Shown here: positions 63,701-64,000 of the stretch, piece by piece | Position numbering within the stretch: position 1 is the first letter of the stretch | Layout: every line of letters begins with the position of its first letter | Source of the DNA: Ignavibacteriota bacterium | GTDB lineage: Bacteria; Bacteroidota; Ignavibacteria; UBA10030; CAVZMI01 | Direction: 5' to 3' | NCBI GenBank assembly: GCA_963776275.1 | Contig: CAVZMI010000015.1 | Coordinates: 1-64,000 of the forward strand | Length of the DNA stretch: 64,000 nucleotides | Notes under the pieces: generated by a model | What the model was told of the DNA's origin: nothing | The model's database searches: none | The model's input: the letters and a program-made list of their open reading frames with translations, nothing else | Made by a program: the position numbers and the translations under genes

Positions 63701-63901
63701 GTCATTAACGGGAGCGCCATTTTCGTTATGCGCATACGATCTGATCTGCAGATAGCCGTCGTTGGGTCCCGTCAAAGTGGTATAGAAAGAATCCTTAAAT
63801 CCATCGATCACAATGGGTGCAATCCCTTGAGCAGAAGATCGATGTTGCCATAGAAGAATTATGGTAATAATTACAACGCAGCGAAGAAACGAGGCCTTCA
63901 T
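60723..63901 (-). CDS. Secreted protein with four tandem CBM9-like domains plus T9SS-type CTD; 1-nt deletion at 63498-63499
   Basis: Signal peptide in ORF 63467-63901 and four ~230-aa repeats; repeat 3 has GGG (62100-62102) where repeat 1 has GG. Confidence 0.85.
61030..63820 (-). repeat. Four ~700-bp tandem domain repeats; units 1 and 3 nearly identical
   Basis: About 63140-63800 matches about 61740-62400 with few substitutions (identical antisense ORFs at 61803 and 63201). Confidence 0.9.
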
Positions 63902-64000
63902 AATAGTTACCTCCTTGAATTAAAGGGTGTACGCAATACGTGGAGTTGTTCTTAAGGTATTGGACGAAAAAAAATCAATATAGAAAAATATACTAATAGA

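Noticed and set aside
61740-63800. DGR TR/VR pair from the near-identical CBM9-like repeats
   Set aside because: The differences are few, not adenine-specific, and both copies are coding domains of one gene.

Overview
Origin-of-replication region of a diderm bacterium. It is most consistent with an Ignavibacteria-like FCB-group lineage, judged from secreted proteins with 'QNYPNPFN...SGVYFY' C-terminal sorting domains together with GGAGG ribosome-binding sites; this assignment is inference. The core (9-49 kb) runs gyrA-gyrB-dciA(DUF721)-recF-dnaN-[oriC unwinding element]-dnaA <> rpmH-rnpA-yidD-yidC-mnmE-mnmG-rsmG-murQ-mfd, then the dcw cluster from mraZ to ftsZ, with DnaA boxes, DnaA-trios, two parS sites and MraZ boxes. 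The left accessory end (0-8.8 kb) holds a secreted trypsin-like protease, a UvrD helicase-PD-(D/E)XK/Fe-S nuclease overlapping a pore-less voltage-sensor domain fused to DUF1232, an acyl-CoA ligase with an in-frame TGA, DUF1846 and a beta-barrel protein. The right accessory end (49.7-64 kb) holds an FGE-fold protein, DUF4177, a DUF3160-CTD protein, modular Asp-box/CBM9-like CTD proteins and a split MFS-spermidine-synthase fusion. The best leads are the VSD-DUF1232 fusion and its helicase-nuclease partner; a promoter plus bipartite 28-bp leader motif reused before three unrelated envelope genes; a decayed nucleotidyltransferase gene pair between gyrB and gyrA; a structured, sORF-containing mraZ-rsmH spacer; and an extra membrane gene inside the dcw cluster. 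Single-base indels in mnmG, ftsA, the speE-like fusion and the CBM9 protein are probably consensus errors. All calls come from motif recognition by eye; no searches were run.
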